From contig NC_043006.1 in NCBI RefSeq assembly GCF_006345805.1, positions 65,100,001 to 65,164,000 on the forward strand: DNA of 64,000 bases. The letters run 5' to 3'. The position numbers were made by a program, and so were the translations under genes. Position 1 is the stretch's first letter. Every line of letters begins with the position of its first letter. Positions 27,096 to 39,957 of this stretch are shown piece after piece. The notes beneath the pieces are model-generated. The model was given only the letters and a program-made list of their open reading frames with translations, did not search any database and had not been told where the DNA came from. The DNA comes from Octopus sinensis. Its lineage: Eukaryota.

Positions 27096-27559
27096 CATGA
27101 TGGTCTTCAAGTTTCCATCTACCAAATCCACTCACACAGCTTTTGTTGGCCTGGGGCTACAGTAGAAATTTGCCCATGCAGTGGAAGTGAACCTGAAATC
27201 ATGTGGTTGGGAATCAACACTTCTTGTCACATGTCATTTAGTAAACACTAAGTTTAAAGTAAAGGAGAGGGGTGACAGTGACTAGAATATGTGCAATAGA
27301 AAAGGAAATCAGAGAGAAAGAACAAATGTCAAACACACAGATTAAAAAGTCAATCAAAATTAAAATTAAAGACTACATTCAATTTCTAACGAAGGGGTGC
27401 TGAAAAGTTCTTGGCTTTGAGTGTATTGTGAAAGGCCTGGTTGAAGGCCCAACCTTCCAAGTTCTTTTACAAGGACTGCTGCAATAAATCTGAGAGTGGG
27501 GTATGCTGAACAAAATCCTGTATTTTCTTTTTCTTTTTTAGTCCAAAGTCAGGAACTTT

Positions 27560-28100
27560 TCACCACCCACTCATATACTGAACACACAGGCACAACGAAA
27601 TGTCACTCGAAATATGATAGGTTGGATTCAATTTCTAAATATACAAGGATAAAGAAAAAATGTATATGTATATACATAAGCATACATATATCCATAAAAA
27701 AAATTGTCCTCGGATAAATATAAAGATTCTCCCTATAACTGAATATATACACAATCATCAGTACAAGGAATATTGGTGGAGCATTTCCATCAAAGCTTCT
27801 GGTTATGGACAAAAGAGAAGTATGTCACAGAGGTCAGTCACCTTGCTGATGTGAATATCTCGTCGAAAATCTAAGTGGAAGAGATTAACAGATGGGCAAA
27901 ACCTTCAGATGATGCCAATAATAATTGGTGCACTTAGTTTAATTAGTAAATGCCTAGAGTGACAATCTAGAAAAGCCAGAGTTTTTAGAAAAAGGAATCA
28001 ACCAGCTAACTCACATTACAAATACAATTTCTAAGAGGAAAACTAAAAATACACAAGACATTGAATATGTGATATTGTTTTTATCTGCTATCCAACAATA
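27560..28100 (-). mobile_element. Possible R4/Dong-like LINE RT remnant
   Basis: Minus strand has RRDI/HQQGD and TIFFMDICMLMY, resembling RRGIFQGDSLSP...HLLFMDDxKLY. Confidence 0.35.
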
Positions 28101-28479
28101 GAACAGTGTATCCTTTGTTAGAAACCAGCTCCTTCCTTTAAGGAAGAATAATTAAAAATAGAAGGGAACATACACCACACACATATACATATATAAATAC
28201 ATACACATGCACACACACACAAAATATATATACATACATATACAGGTATATATAGAGATATGAAGAAAAAAATATTTGATTGTGAGTGAAATAAAGTATA
28301 TCCGATAGTTTATAATAAACGTGTGCACAATAGCTATCTTGAACAATAAAAGATCATATAAAAGGTTGAAAGGAAAAATACATAAGAGTTATATACAAAA
28401 AAATCCTATAGATCGAATCTGATGGTCAGAAATAAAACAATTCAGGACCATAAAATAAAAGATTACAGAAAAGTGAAAG

Positions 28480-29390
28480 GAAAAATATCCAAAAAATACC
28501 GACTCACAATAAACCAGTGAATCAAAGAAAGCAATGGGAATTGACAAAGCCTACATTAGCAGTATTGGCAGTAAAAGCTTTGAAATCAAAAATTCCAAAA
28601 AGCACCAACAGCCCAAAAGCTCAGATTTTTTGGTTTAATGCAGATTTATTTAGGAACAGGATTAAGCATTTTCTACTTAAGCACAACAGACATTTCAGAA
28701 AATTCCAGCATGACCCATTCTCATATGAACAAACCTTTTCAAAGATAAACCATTGTATTTTAAAAGGGGTGAAACAAGCTTCTTTTAATTGCCTTATATA
28801 TTTCAATAAACTTGCTGACAACTTGTTTTCCAGGTATTTCAAAGATTTTTTTAGCTTTAAAGCTGTTTTCTGTTGCCGCAATATAAGTTTTTGTATGTAG
28901 AGCTATTATCAATCTGTACTTTAGCTCTCTGTAAACAACTCCTTTGATCAGGCAAGATCTCCTAATGTTATTTTTAATACCGACATAACAGATCTGCTTG
29001 GAGACCCACTATTACAGCAGATCTGCTCAAGCATTCAATATTGCAAAGTGCACCATTGTAGTATGAAAAGCTGCCCTGTCTGATGACAAGGAGGAAACTT
29101 GCTTACTTATGCACCGACTATGCTTTTAAGTATACAAGTCAGATGATTGGCAGCCTTATCATTATAAAACATCCTTTTGTTAGGCTTATGATAGAAGCTA
29201 AAGTTGTTAAATTGCAGATCTAAATTAATGTCTAAGAAGTTAACAGTGCTAAGGTTCATGGAAACTATAATCTTTAAGCCCATACACCAGAAGAACATAA
29301 TAACACTCTTCCTAAGCCTATCTAGCTCATGTTCATTCATGTTGCTGGTGATAATAAGGCCATCGTCCCCTATATAGAAACCCATTTCTA
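28480..29390 (-). mobile_element. Penelope-like element remnant (RT end + GIY-YIG C-terminal part)
   Basis: ORF 29107..29385 GFYIGDDGL...LDRLRKSVI..GLKI..NLSTVNFLDINLDL...YHKPN...KAANHL, and ORF 28621..28881 SASLLKYIRQLKE...IQWFIFEKVCSYENGS...CLLCLSRK. Both match PLE ORF patterns (YRDDGL...NFLDVTLNL...KPN...SNHP; STELSKYIWxLK...W.I...Y.NGSK.C.LCL.EK). Confidence 0.85.
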
Positions 29391-29570
29391 AAAAAGAAAA
29401 TTATGTATGCAAATAAACTACAATATATGCCCTTTATTGTATATATCATACAAATATACAATGTACACACACACACACACACAAATTCAATTTTCAGATA
29501 ATCACTATCCCTAGAAGTGCTTCATAAGGTAAACACCTGGATTATATATTCCAATTCACTATATATATTG

Positions 29571-29607
<37 letters not shown>

Positions 29608-29956
29608 TATCTTTTACATGTCTCCATTGTTAGACTATGGCCATGTTGGAGCACTGCCTTGAAAAATTTTAGATGAACAAATCAACTCCAGGACTTATTT
29701 TTCTTTTGCCAAACCAGTAAGTTAGGGGAACATGAACACACCAATGCCAGTTGTCAAGGGGTGGTGGGGAATAAATACAGATACAAACACACATTATATG
29801 ACGGGCTTCTTTCAGTTTCCATTTACCAAATTCACTCACAAGGCCTCGGGCAACCAAAGGCACTTGATCAAGGTGCCATGCAGTGGGACTGAACCCAGAA
29901 CCATGTAGTTGAGAAGCAAGCTTCTTACCACATAGTCACGCCTGCACCTATATGTA

Positions 29957-29996
<40 letters not shown>

Positions 29997-30006
29997 TGTG
30001 TATATG

Positions 30007-30057
<51 letters not shown>

Positions 30058-30428
30058 ATATAGGTAGCAAATCTGTCCAGAAGAGGAAGTTACGAAAACT
30101 AAAAGATCCAGTGAACAGTCAGAAATTTATAGATGTACTAGTCAAATCATTTGATAAGAAAAATAAAGAAATAGAAACTTATAATATAGATGAGAAGTGG
30201 AAGTTCCTTTGGGTCAACCTACTGAAGGCAACAGATGAAAGATATGACTGGTGCAAAAGTGTCAACAAGACCAAAGGTGACATATTGGTAGAAAAATGAA
30301 GTTGACAAAGCCATAAAAACGAAGAGATAAACTTAGAAGGATTGGAAGAATAGGGATAGTAGAGAAATACGGCAGGTGACTATGTTCCATAACTTTAGGG
30401 CAGCAACTTTAAACATAAGCACAATTAA

Positions 30429-30650
30429 CCCTTTTGTTACCATATTTATTTTGAGATGCTCTGTGTTTCTTTCAGTTAATTTTAAATATAACAAAGAATT
30501 TAGTAAAATAAATTGGTTATCATTCAACTAGTGTTAGGAACATAAATAGTGACTAAAGTTTGGTAGAAGATTTTAATTCAAAACTTATGAAAACAAGACA
30601 TTTGTACTACAGAGCCAAAACCGGTTTCAGCCGGGTTGGTAACAAAAGGG
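30429..30650. mobile_element. TTAA MITE family 2 nested in RTE endonuclease
   Basis: Perfect 14-bp TIR CCCTTTTGTTACCA / TGGTAACAAAAGGG, with TTAA duplicated at 30425-30428 and 30651-30654. Confidence 0.93.
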
Positions 30651-32534
30651 TTAAAGGTAGGTCTGGTGAGATTGCAGAGAGGCTGGAGCAGAGACAAGTG
30701 AATGTGGTAGGATGGGATATTCAGTCCAACTTCTCACAGGTAAGAGACTGGAGTTCAAACTTTTCTGGGTGAGCAATAGTGATGGCAGAGGTAGATGGGC
30801 ACACTTAGCTGAGAAATGAAATCACTAAGTAACTGAAATAAGATATATGATAGGATAATCCAGTTAAAACTAATTGCGGGCAACACAATAGCAACATTTA
30901 TCTCAGCATATGCCCCAGACAGGACTGCCCGAAGAACAAAAGCATTGCTTCTATGATACTCTTCTGCAGATAACCCCAACAAATCACAGCTCGTGACTTC
31001 ACCAAACACATTGACCAAAACACAATGATAGTCTCTATGACACCCATGGAAGCTGTGGTTATGGCCCAAGAAATAGGGAGTGTAGAGCTTCTAAAGTGTG
31101 TATTGCTACTGAACTTGCAATACACACACTTTAAGAAACTAGTTAACCACCTCATCATCTACAAATTTGGTGAACACACACATCAGATAGATTACATTCT
31201 CACCAGGAAATAGGACAGACAGAAGGGTTGCTGTGAATATTAAAACCTTTCCTGGTGAAGAATGCATTACACAATATTCATTAGTGGCTGGTGACTTCAG
31301 AGTCAGAACTAGGTAGACACAGAAATGAAAATCAGTATGGAGAAGGAAAGTATAGAAACTAAAAGATCCACAAATCAGGAATAGACTTAGAGAATTTCTA
31401 AACTGATGCATATGACTAAAGGGTAGAAGATTTAGATACATAAAGCATAGACAAAAACTGAGAATTTCTATGAAATTACCAACTTAGGACTACAGATCAG
31501 ATATGTGGCTGAGGCAAAATCCCAGCCAAGCCAAAAGTAACATGGCAGTGGAATAATAAGGTTCATAGGGCAATTAAGATTAAGAGCCAGGCTTGGAAAG
31601 CCTGGAAGAGCATCTAGGTATCAGGTGTACTTTGTTAAAGGTGAGGCAGAACGGAAGAGATTTACACATGTCCTAAACATGAGGATCAGAGTGGTGAAGT
31701 GCTCAAGGTTGCAAGACAATGTGTGAGAGAACCAAGATGTCATTGGTGAGAAGTGTATTCAGAATGATGAAAGCTAAATGTACCATCAATATAGAACTAA
31801 AGAAACTGTTATGGAAGTGTTATTGTGAAATGTGAAGAACACATGGGATAAACAGCAATTACCCCCATGCTGACCCTACAACAAGACTGGCAATTCAAAT
31901 TGACAGTAGTGTAGTAAATAAAACAATCAAGGATATGAAGAGAAAGGGAAAGCTACTGGGTTCATTAGGGATGGTTGTAGAAATGCTTAAAATATCTGGT
32001 AAAGTAGGGTACAAGATTACCAGCTAAATAGTTAATCAAGTCATGCAGGAAAGCTACAAGAGCAAAAGTGGTGCCTTAGAGAGAAACAACTATAAAGGTA
32101 TTAAACCGCTAGACCAGGCTGTGATGGTCATGTAGAGAATCATATTGATCCATGATAGACCTGGATGACATGCAGTTTAGCTTTGTCCTTGGAAAAGACA
32201 CCACCAATGCAATGTTCCTAATGAAGCAGTTGCAAGAAAAATACTTGGCTAAGAATAAACTGCTGTTCTTGGCTTTGGTTGATTTGGATAACCATTTGAC
32301 AGCATACCACATTCAGTAAACTCTGATGGCCACTGAGGAAACTAAGAGTAGGTAAATGGTTGATGAGGGTGGGGCAAGCTTTGTACAATGATGCATTTAT
32401 TAAATTGAGAGTTGGTGATGAATTCAGTGGCAAATTTAGCATGAAGGTAGGAGCCCATCAAGGTTCAGTCCTCTCCTATTCATCAGTCCTACAAACCATC
32501 TTAGGAGTTTCAGACTAACTCTCTCTCTTTCTCT

Positions 32535-32743
32535 CTTTTTACTTGTTTCAGTCATTTGACTGCGGCCATGCTGGAGCACCGCCTTTAGTCGAGCAAACTG
32601 ACCCCAGGACTTATTCTTTGTAAGCCCAGTACTTATTCTATCGATCTCTTTTTGCCGAACCACTAAGTGACGGGGACGTAAACACACCAGCATCGGTTGT
32701 CAAGCAATACTAGGGGGACAAACAGACACACAAACACACACAC

Positions 32744-32774
<31 letters not shown>

Positions 32775-32939
32775 CATATATACGACAGGCTTCTTTCAGT
32801 TTCCGTCTACCATATCCACTCACAAGGCATTGGTCGACCCGGAGCTATAGCAGAAGACACTTGCCCAAGATGCCATGCAGTGGGACTGAACCCGGTACCA
32901 TGTGGTTGGTTAGCAAGCTACTTACCACACAGCCACTCT
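32535..32939 (-). mobile_element. SINE family A, young full-length copy inserted next to the RTE YADD motif
   Basis: CpG-rich, complete head-to-tail copy. Confidence 0.93.
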
Positions 32940-33869
32940 ATGCTGATTATCTAGTTCCCATAACTTATAATTAGACAAAATTCCAGCCATGGGAGCTAAA
33001 TCAAGAACTGAAAGGCCTTAAGTAAAACCTAGCAAAGACAAAGGTTTTAATAAATAGGTAAGAAGACAGGACTCTGGTATCTTCAGGAAAATGGTCTTGC
33101 TCAATGTGCAGCAAAGGAGTATGTATAAACTCCATAAGCTGTATTCAGTGTAAGCTATGGAGAAACAAGAACTCAAGTGAAATCACAGGCAGAGTAACTG
33201 AGAATGTAAGCTTCATATGCAATAGATGCAGCAGAGCAGTCTGTTTGTTATATATACCCAGATGGCTGGCTAGAAGTAGTTGATAGCTTTTGTGACCTAG
33301 AAGGTGAAATTAGCAAGGGAGGTGGTTGCTCTGAAAGTATAGTGGCCAGAAGAAGAACTGGTTGGGAAAAAGTTCAGGGAGCTACTACATTGCTGACAAC
33401 AAATATTTTCCCCCTTAAAGTGAAGGGCAGATTGAATGATGCCTGCATGGAAGTGAGACAGAATTCGAGTGCAGGGAACTTGAGAAGATTGCAAATGAAG
33501 AAAGCATGCTAATGTACATGGAAAACACAGTACAAAGCTTCTGAGTAAAAAGCTGGGCATAAAAGGAATCAAATGCTGTGTGCAAAAAGACTATACTGGT
33601 ATTAACATGCAATGTGTATGGGTGGGAACAGCTGTATAAAAGGGTGCTGATCACTTCATGTGGTTGAAACTTAGAGAAAAGAGAGGCTCAGGAAGGCATG
33701 GAATGAAATGATGAAGGCTGACCTCAGGACTCTGAGCCTCATAGAGAAGATGACAAAAAATGGGATGTCTGGTGATATGAGGTTCTCAAAAGGAATCAGC
33801 CATGTAAGTGGCATTGGAAGTGCTATGTATATTGTGTTCTCCATCCATGTTACATTCACCCATTTGTCA

Positions 33870-34500
33870 ATATGGAGAAAGCCTCCAATGGGGTCTCTCA
33901 TTCTCTGATTTGGTGGTCACTGCCAGAGCAAGGAGGAGAGAAATGGCTGATGAAAGCCTTTCAACAATGAATATGGTGATGAATTTAATGTGCAGGTAAT
34001 TATTCACTAAGCTTTGCTTATCAGTCCCCCTTTTATTTATCACAGGCCATAACAGGGATTAAGAATGGTTATCCATGGGAACTCCTCTATACTGATGACT
34101 TTGTTCATATAGCTGAAGCTTGAATAACAGAATGAAATTCTGTATGTAGCAGAAGAACCTGTAATCAAAGGTTCTTAAACTTAACTTAGCAAAGTTTTAG
34201 CAGGAAAACAGACAGGACATTAATCCCTTCAAGTAAATGACTGTATTCAATGTGTAGAAAAGGTGTCATTAAGAAAACTATACGGTGTCCTCAGTATAAA
34301 CTGTGAACACATAAGAGAAGCTATGAAATCACAGGAAGGTTAACAAAGAGAACAGGCTTTGTTTGTGGCAGATGTATAGGAGGCAATAAACATGGAAACA
34401 GATTTTCTAAAAAGCCCTTTCTGTTACCTAGGAGACCTAATTAGCAGTGGAAGGGCATTACTGAATGTATATGCTAGAATAAGAACTGGTTGGAGAAAGT
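33870..34500 (+). mobile_element. Second RTE LINE fragment
   Basis: PWELLYTDDF (about 34073-34102) and downstream CVCGRC / YLGDLISSG motifs. Confidence 0.8.
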
Positions 34501-35807
34501 TGTGAAGTAGCAGGATGAGGTTAAACACAAGCAACACACACACACACATCTATATGACTGGCTTCCTTACAGGTTCCATCATTCAAATTCCATTTACAAG
34601 GCATTGGTAGAAGACACTTGCCCAATGTTCCATACAGTGGATCTGAACCCGAAACCAGGCAGCTGCAAGGCAAGCTTCTTAATGACACAGCCACACCAGT
34701 GCCTATATATATATTTACTTGTTTCAGTCATTTGACTACAGCCATGCTGGAGCACCACCTTTAGTTGAACAAATCGACCCCAGAACTTATTCTTTGTAAG
34801 CCTAATACTTATTCTGTTGGTCTCTTTTGCCGAACCACTAAGTTATGGGGATGTCAACACACCAACATTGATTGTCAAGTGACGTAGAGGGGACAAACAT
34901 AAACACAGAAATATATATATACACACAACAGGCTTCTTTCAGTTTCTGCCTACCAAATCCACTCACAAGGCTTTGGTTGGCCCAAGGCTATAGAAGACAC
35001 TTGCCCAAGGTGCCATACAGTGGGACTGAACCCGGAACCATGTAGTTGGGAAGCAAGCTTCTTACCATACAGCCAAGCGTGTGCCTATATATGGAAAAGT
35101 ATGATAAACAAAAAGTGTAGTTTTTATCATTTGCTCTCAATGGACATTTTGCCAATGTGGCTAGTTGCATCCTCTGCAGTGGGCATTCATAGTGTATTTG
35201 GATGCTGATCTACAACAGTTCTTTAGGGGAAACAACACTATTACATTATGTTGATACCAACCAAAAGTTTGTTAGCTGGGGACATGGCAAGATTATTTAT
35301 AAGTATGTTGAAATGGAAAGAGATAGAGAAAAACAAGAGGAATAGGGACGTAAAAGAATATATTTTTATATACATACATATATATATGAAATAAAAATTT
35401 AAATAGTGAAAAAAAATATAAAAGAGTGTAAAAGGAGAAACAAAAGAGAGAGGGGAAGAGAGAAAGAGAATTGGGAAATAGAAAGAGAGGAGGAAGAAAA
35501 GGAATAAAGGCAAACAAAGACAATACAGGAAAGGGTATGGGTTGGGTGGTCAGCGTTGGATGAATACCAATTCTGTAAGTGACTTAGAAATTAAGTATTG
35601 AAAACAGATATAGACATTCACTAATATAAACAGATAAATGGGCCATGACCTTGCATTTGGAAGAGAACATATTTAAAGATAAACAAATAACCAAATAAAC
35701 ATATGCGTACAGCACAACATATATCTATATTTAAATTATGTATATATTTACAGATATTTCTACATATACATACATATACTTACAAGTACACATGCATATA
35801 CATATAT

Positions 35808-36160
35808 GTGGAGGTGCAATGGCCCAATGGTTAGGGCAGCAGACTTGCAGTTGTTTGATCACGGTTTTGATCCCCAGACTGGGTGTTGTGAGTGTTTATT
35901 GAGTGAAAACACCTAAAGCTCCACGAGGCTCTAGCAGGGGGTGGGGTGGCGAATGCTGCTGTACCCATTCACCACAACTTTCACTCTTTCTTCCTGTTTC
36001 TGTTGTACCTGTATTTCAAAGGGCCAGCCTTGTCAAACACAGTGTCACACTGAATCTCCCCAAGAACTATGTTACGGGTACATGTGTCTGTGAAGTGCTC
36101 AGCCACTTACACGTTGATTGTATCGACTGGAACCCTCGTCGTAACTGAGAGTGCCACAAC
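35808..36160 (+). mobile_element. tRNA-derived SINE family B
   Basis: Head GTGGAGGTGCAATGGCCCAATGGTTAGGGCAGCAGAC...GGTTTTGATCCC; tail shared with about 25240-25530, 52195-52505 and 57110-57370 (-). Confidence 0.88.
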
Positions 36161-36289
36161 AATATGTGTGTATATATATATGCATACATACACACATACT
36201 TTAACAACAGCCTTCTATTACAATGAGGCTCTTAACAAAGCATCTCTAACAAAAATATATTATTAGTAATACATTATACTATTAATGCA

Positions 36290-37380
36290 TTACCTATATA
36301 CTTAACCTAAGGTCACATAATCACACTTAGGTTCACACTATGTAAACACAAATCAACATGAAAATATTCCGCACCTAGACACACAAAGACCTCTTCTAGT
36401 GACGTGGACAGCCCTAAATTCTCAAACTCTATGATAAAAACTAATAAACTCAGACACAAGAGATTGTATTAGTAATAATGGTACCTACATGACCAGCAAT
36501 ACTCACACTAGGAAAAAATATAAAAAGAAAAGTTACCTGGTCTAACATTCCACATAATCTCCAGAATATACCTGAAATATTCTTCTCTATTCTAACTTCA
36601 CACCAAATTTTTAATAAGTAAACAGTTAAGCTATTTTACTCTGCAACTCCAATCCTTACATATGCCATCACTGGGACTAATAAGTTTCAATTAAACAATA
36701 CACAATAACCTATCACTAAATACTACTGTTCCTGACTCACAGTATGACACATCCCTTGATGGACATCAATCCTTACATGATCGCCACACAATCTAACTAA
36801 TGTTAGCCAGTCAATTAGTCGCTCACATAAAACTCATTTTAGCACTTCCCATGAACATTTCTACAGTGAAAAGCCATCCAAATCCACCTTTGACCAGATC
36901 TTAGATACTAATATGTTCAATGCTATTACTGCAGGAGCACCCAGTACCAAAACCTGTAATTTTAAAAATATCTACAATGGCCCATTAACAGAAACTGTCT
37001 TTCCAAAAAATTGTATACAAATGTTGAGTAATTACATGGCATATACTAGAGAATACATTGGATCTACAGCCAAGAATTTCAAGAAGCACTTTTATATGCA
37101 AGTGCACTCCTTCAAAAGTTCTCAGTTGACCTAATTAATATCATTGGCTGACTACAACTAGCAACTCACGACACCTTACAAAAGATTTAAACACTCACTA
37201 CACCTTACAAAAGGAAAGCAGTAAAATTCTCAGATAGAATGAAAGACATGTCTGATATGTGACCAGGAAGCAATTCAAATTTTACTTTCAGACACACAAC
37301 TTCTAAATAAACAAAAAGAGATAATTATCAATTAAAATGACAAAATTCTTAGAACATTTATTGTTTTATGAAAGAATAAT
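36290..37380 (+). mobile_element. Penelope-like element remnant with GIY-YIG region
   Basis: ORF 36913..37134 NGPLT...TREYIGSTAKNFKKHFYMQVHSFK, then LICDQEAIQI..TQLLNKQKEI, the PLE endonuclease C-terminal pattern. Confidence 0.8.
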
Positions 37381-37458
37381 GGATCTAGCTTCCTCTGAAT
37401 CTAAAAACCTTGCTAAACACAAACTAAACATTACTATTAATAAATATATATGCCCTTA

Positions 37459-37459
<1 letters not shown>

Positions 37460-37537
<78 letters not shown>

Positions 37538-37570
37538 GAGAGAGAGAGAGAAAGAAAGACAGACAGATAA
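37460..37570. repeat. (TA)n-(GA)n microsatellite
   Basis: Direct reading. Confidence 0.97.
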
Positions 37571-38550
37571 GTCATTTAATATACAAAGGATTTATGATTT
37601 AGCTATCAGTTTCATGCTGTGGAAACACAATGGTCAGAGAAGTTTGTATACCAAGATGTCTGCTTCCATATATTTCACAGACTCGAATATACAACATGGC
37701 TGCTCTTTGAGCAAAAAAGGAAAGGATGAAATGAAGGTACAAGAAAATAATGTAAAGAGAAAAAAATGTGAATTAAGGGTGAGTATGTATGTATGTGTGT
37801 ATATATATAAACACACATGTATATATATTTTCAGTATATGTAAGGTGACTATATATCTGTATATATTGGCTGTATTCTAACAGTTTGTTTATCATTGACA
37901 GACTTACAACCTTACCATGCCATTTCTTTATATCACAAAGGCCATTACAATCCCTTTATTTTTTTTTTTAATCTAGAATTTAGATTCAGTTATGGGCAGC
38001 TCTTCTGAATGGCATGCCTAACAAAAAATTGCACTAAATGATGATGATGAGCCAGTGTAAAGTGGGCTGCTAGTAAAAGGTTAACTATACCTGCTTTAGA
38101 TATTCTCTCATTTTATAAACGCTGATAGTCATTCATATACACTTGTTTAAATACAAATAAAAACACCCATACCAGTACCACATATATAGCACCTGTGCTG
38201 GCTCTGACATGACCACCACAAATAAAACCCACACCACCATCACCATCACAACCTACATCACTACCACCCCCACCAGCATCTACACCATCAACACTATCAC
38301 CACCTCCACTAACACAACTTATGGTTCCATTCCCATTCCCATCACCACCACTATCACTACCCTCACCAAACCACTAAGATATGTTACACCACTACAAGAT
38401 GCACTCGCTGCAACCACTACCACCAACACCACCATTACCACTTATTTTATCCTCCTTTAATGAGATAATCTGATAATGAAATGTTTAGGAATAGATTAGT
38501 TGTATGTAGAGTAAATAACCCTAGTTAAACATTAAACATATGTATAGATA

Positions 38551-38584
<34 letters not shown>

Positions 38585-38959
38585 CACACGCGTATATGCA
38601 TATGTATACAAATATATATCTGTATAAATATAGGCCTGCATTTCTTTGCTGTTCAGTGTCCACTTTTCTCTGCTTACATGGATCTGATGGAATTTGTGAA
38701 GTAGATTTTCTGTGGTCAGATGTTCTTTCTGTCACCAACCCTTAGTTGTTTCCAAGCAAGCTCATCTTTACCTTGACTAAGCATGTTTTCACAGAATATT
38801 GAAAATGATGGTGGCACTCATTTACAATTACCATGTGATGTCAAGACAAGGCATACACACAGTCATTTACACGTCTCTCTCTCTCTCTCTCTCTCTTCAT
38901 ATATATATATATATATATATATATGTGCATGTGTGTGTGTGTATTCTCTTGACTCTGTT

Positions 38960-39312
38960 GGTCACAAATGACCATGAATGCACCAAAGAGGTTCCCCTCT
39001 GGGGTACAAGTCTGGATGGAAAGTCGCCTCACCAGCGAATGCACAACCTAGGGTTGTTTTTATGGAAGACCAGCAGTCGCCCATGCATACCAGCCTCTCC
39101 TCTCTATGCCACTGATGTTATCCAAGGGAAAGGCAAAGGCTGATACAGCTTGGCACCTGTGACATAACAACTCATTTCCACAGCTGAGTGAATTGGAGCA
39201 ATGTGAAATAAAGTGTCTTGCTCAAGAACACAACACGCAGCCTGGTCCGGGAATCAAATACACAACCTCACAATCATAAGCTCGATGCTCTAACCACTGA
39301 TCCATGCACCTT
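38960..39312 (-). mobile_element. tRNA-derived SINE (family B-type head/core, distinct tail)
   Basis: Minus head GGTGCATGGATCAGTGGTTAGAGC, core GTTGTGTTCTTGAGCAAGACACTTTATTTCAC, and a GC-rich tail not shared with 35808-36160. Confidence 0.8.
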
Positions 39313-39957
39313 ATGTGAGTGTATATATGTGTGTGTCTATGTGTTGAGCCAAGTGAAATCAGTCATGGCTAATACAGGTGTCACATTACTGGCACCCATA
39401 CCAGTGGCATTGTAAAATGCACCTTCCAAGTGTCGAGATTCACGGGGGCAAAGTGGCTGGGCTCCTTTCAAGTGTTTGGCCTCATGGAGGCAATGACCAA
39501 AACCTTTGGCACTATGTCATGCTTGAGAAGAAGATCCATCAAGGCGAGCAAAATCAGTTGCGGCAGATACCAGTGTCATGCAAATGGCATCCATGCCAGT
39601 GGCACGTAGATGTACCCTTTACACACTTCATCTTAAAGGCTCTGGGGATGCTATAAAGTGATGCACAACCATTGCATCTTATAGCATGTACTATGGATGC
39701 ATTCTTCTTGGCACCAGCACTAGTTAGGTTGCCATGTAGCCTCAAGAGTAAGATCTGCTTTGACCAAGTAGTGCTACAATAAAGAAGTGGGGTAACTTTG
39801 TGCCATGAGGATGGATGAAGTCAGAACAAGTTACTTGTTAATACAGTTCTATATGTGGTGTAGTGGTTAAGAGCATGAGTTACTAACCCCAAGATTTCAA
39901 GCAGTGACCTGAATAATTAATAATAATATCGAAAAATACCTTAGGAATGAGAACCCA

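Larger units (their letters stand above)
30060..33860 (+). mobile_element. Long decayed RTE LINE (APE endonuclease + RT + 3' end), with nested MITE and SINE
   Basis: ISTIKGRSGEIAERLEQRQVN (APE start, rejoined across the MITE), HQIDYILTRK, DDMQFSFVLGKDTTNAMFLMKQLQEKYLAKNKLLFLALVDL, VGAHQGSVLS, LYADYL (about 32937-32955), RKAWNEMMKADLRTLSLIEKMT. Many stops and frameshifts. Confidence 0.9.

Noticed and set aside
35808-35885. tRNA genes (here and at other heads)
   Set aside because: These are SINE heads continuing into SINE bodies; I could not build a complete cloverleaf.
38209-38460. Thr-rich mucin-like ORF
   Set aside because: Degenerate (ACC/ACT)n simple repeat with no convincing splice context.
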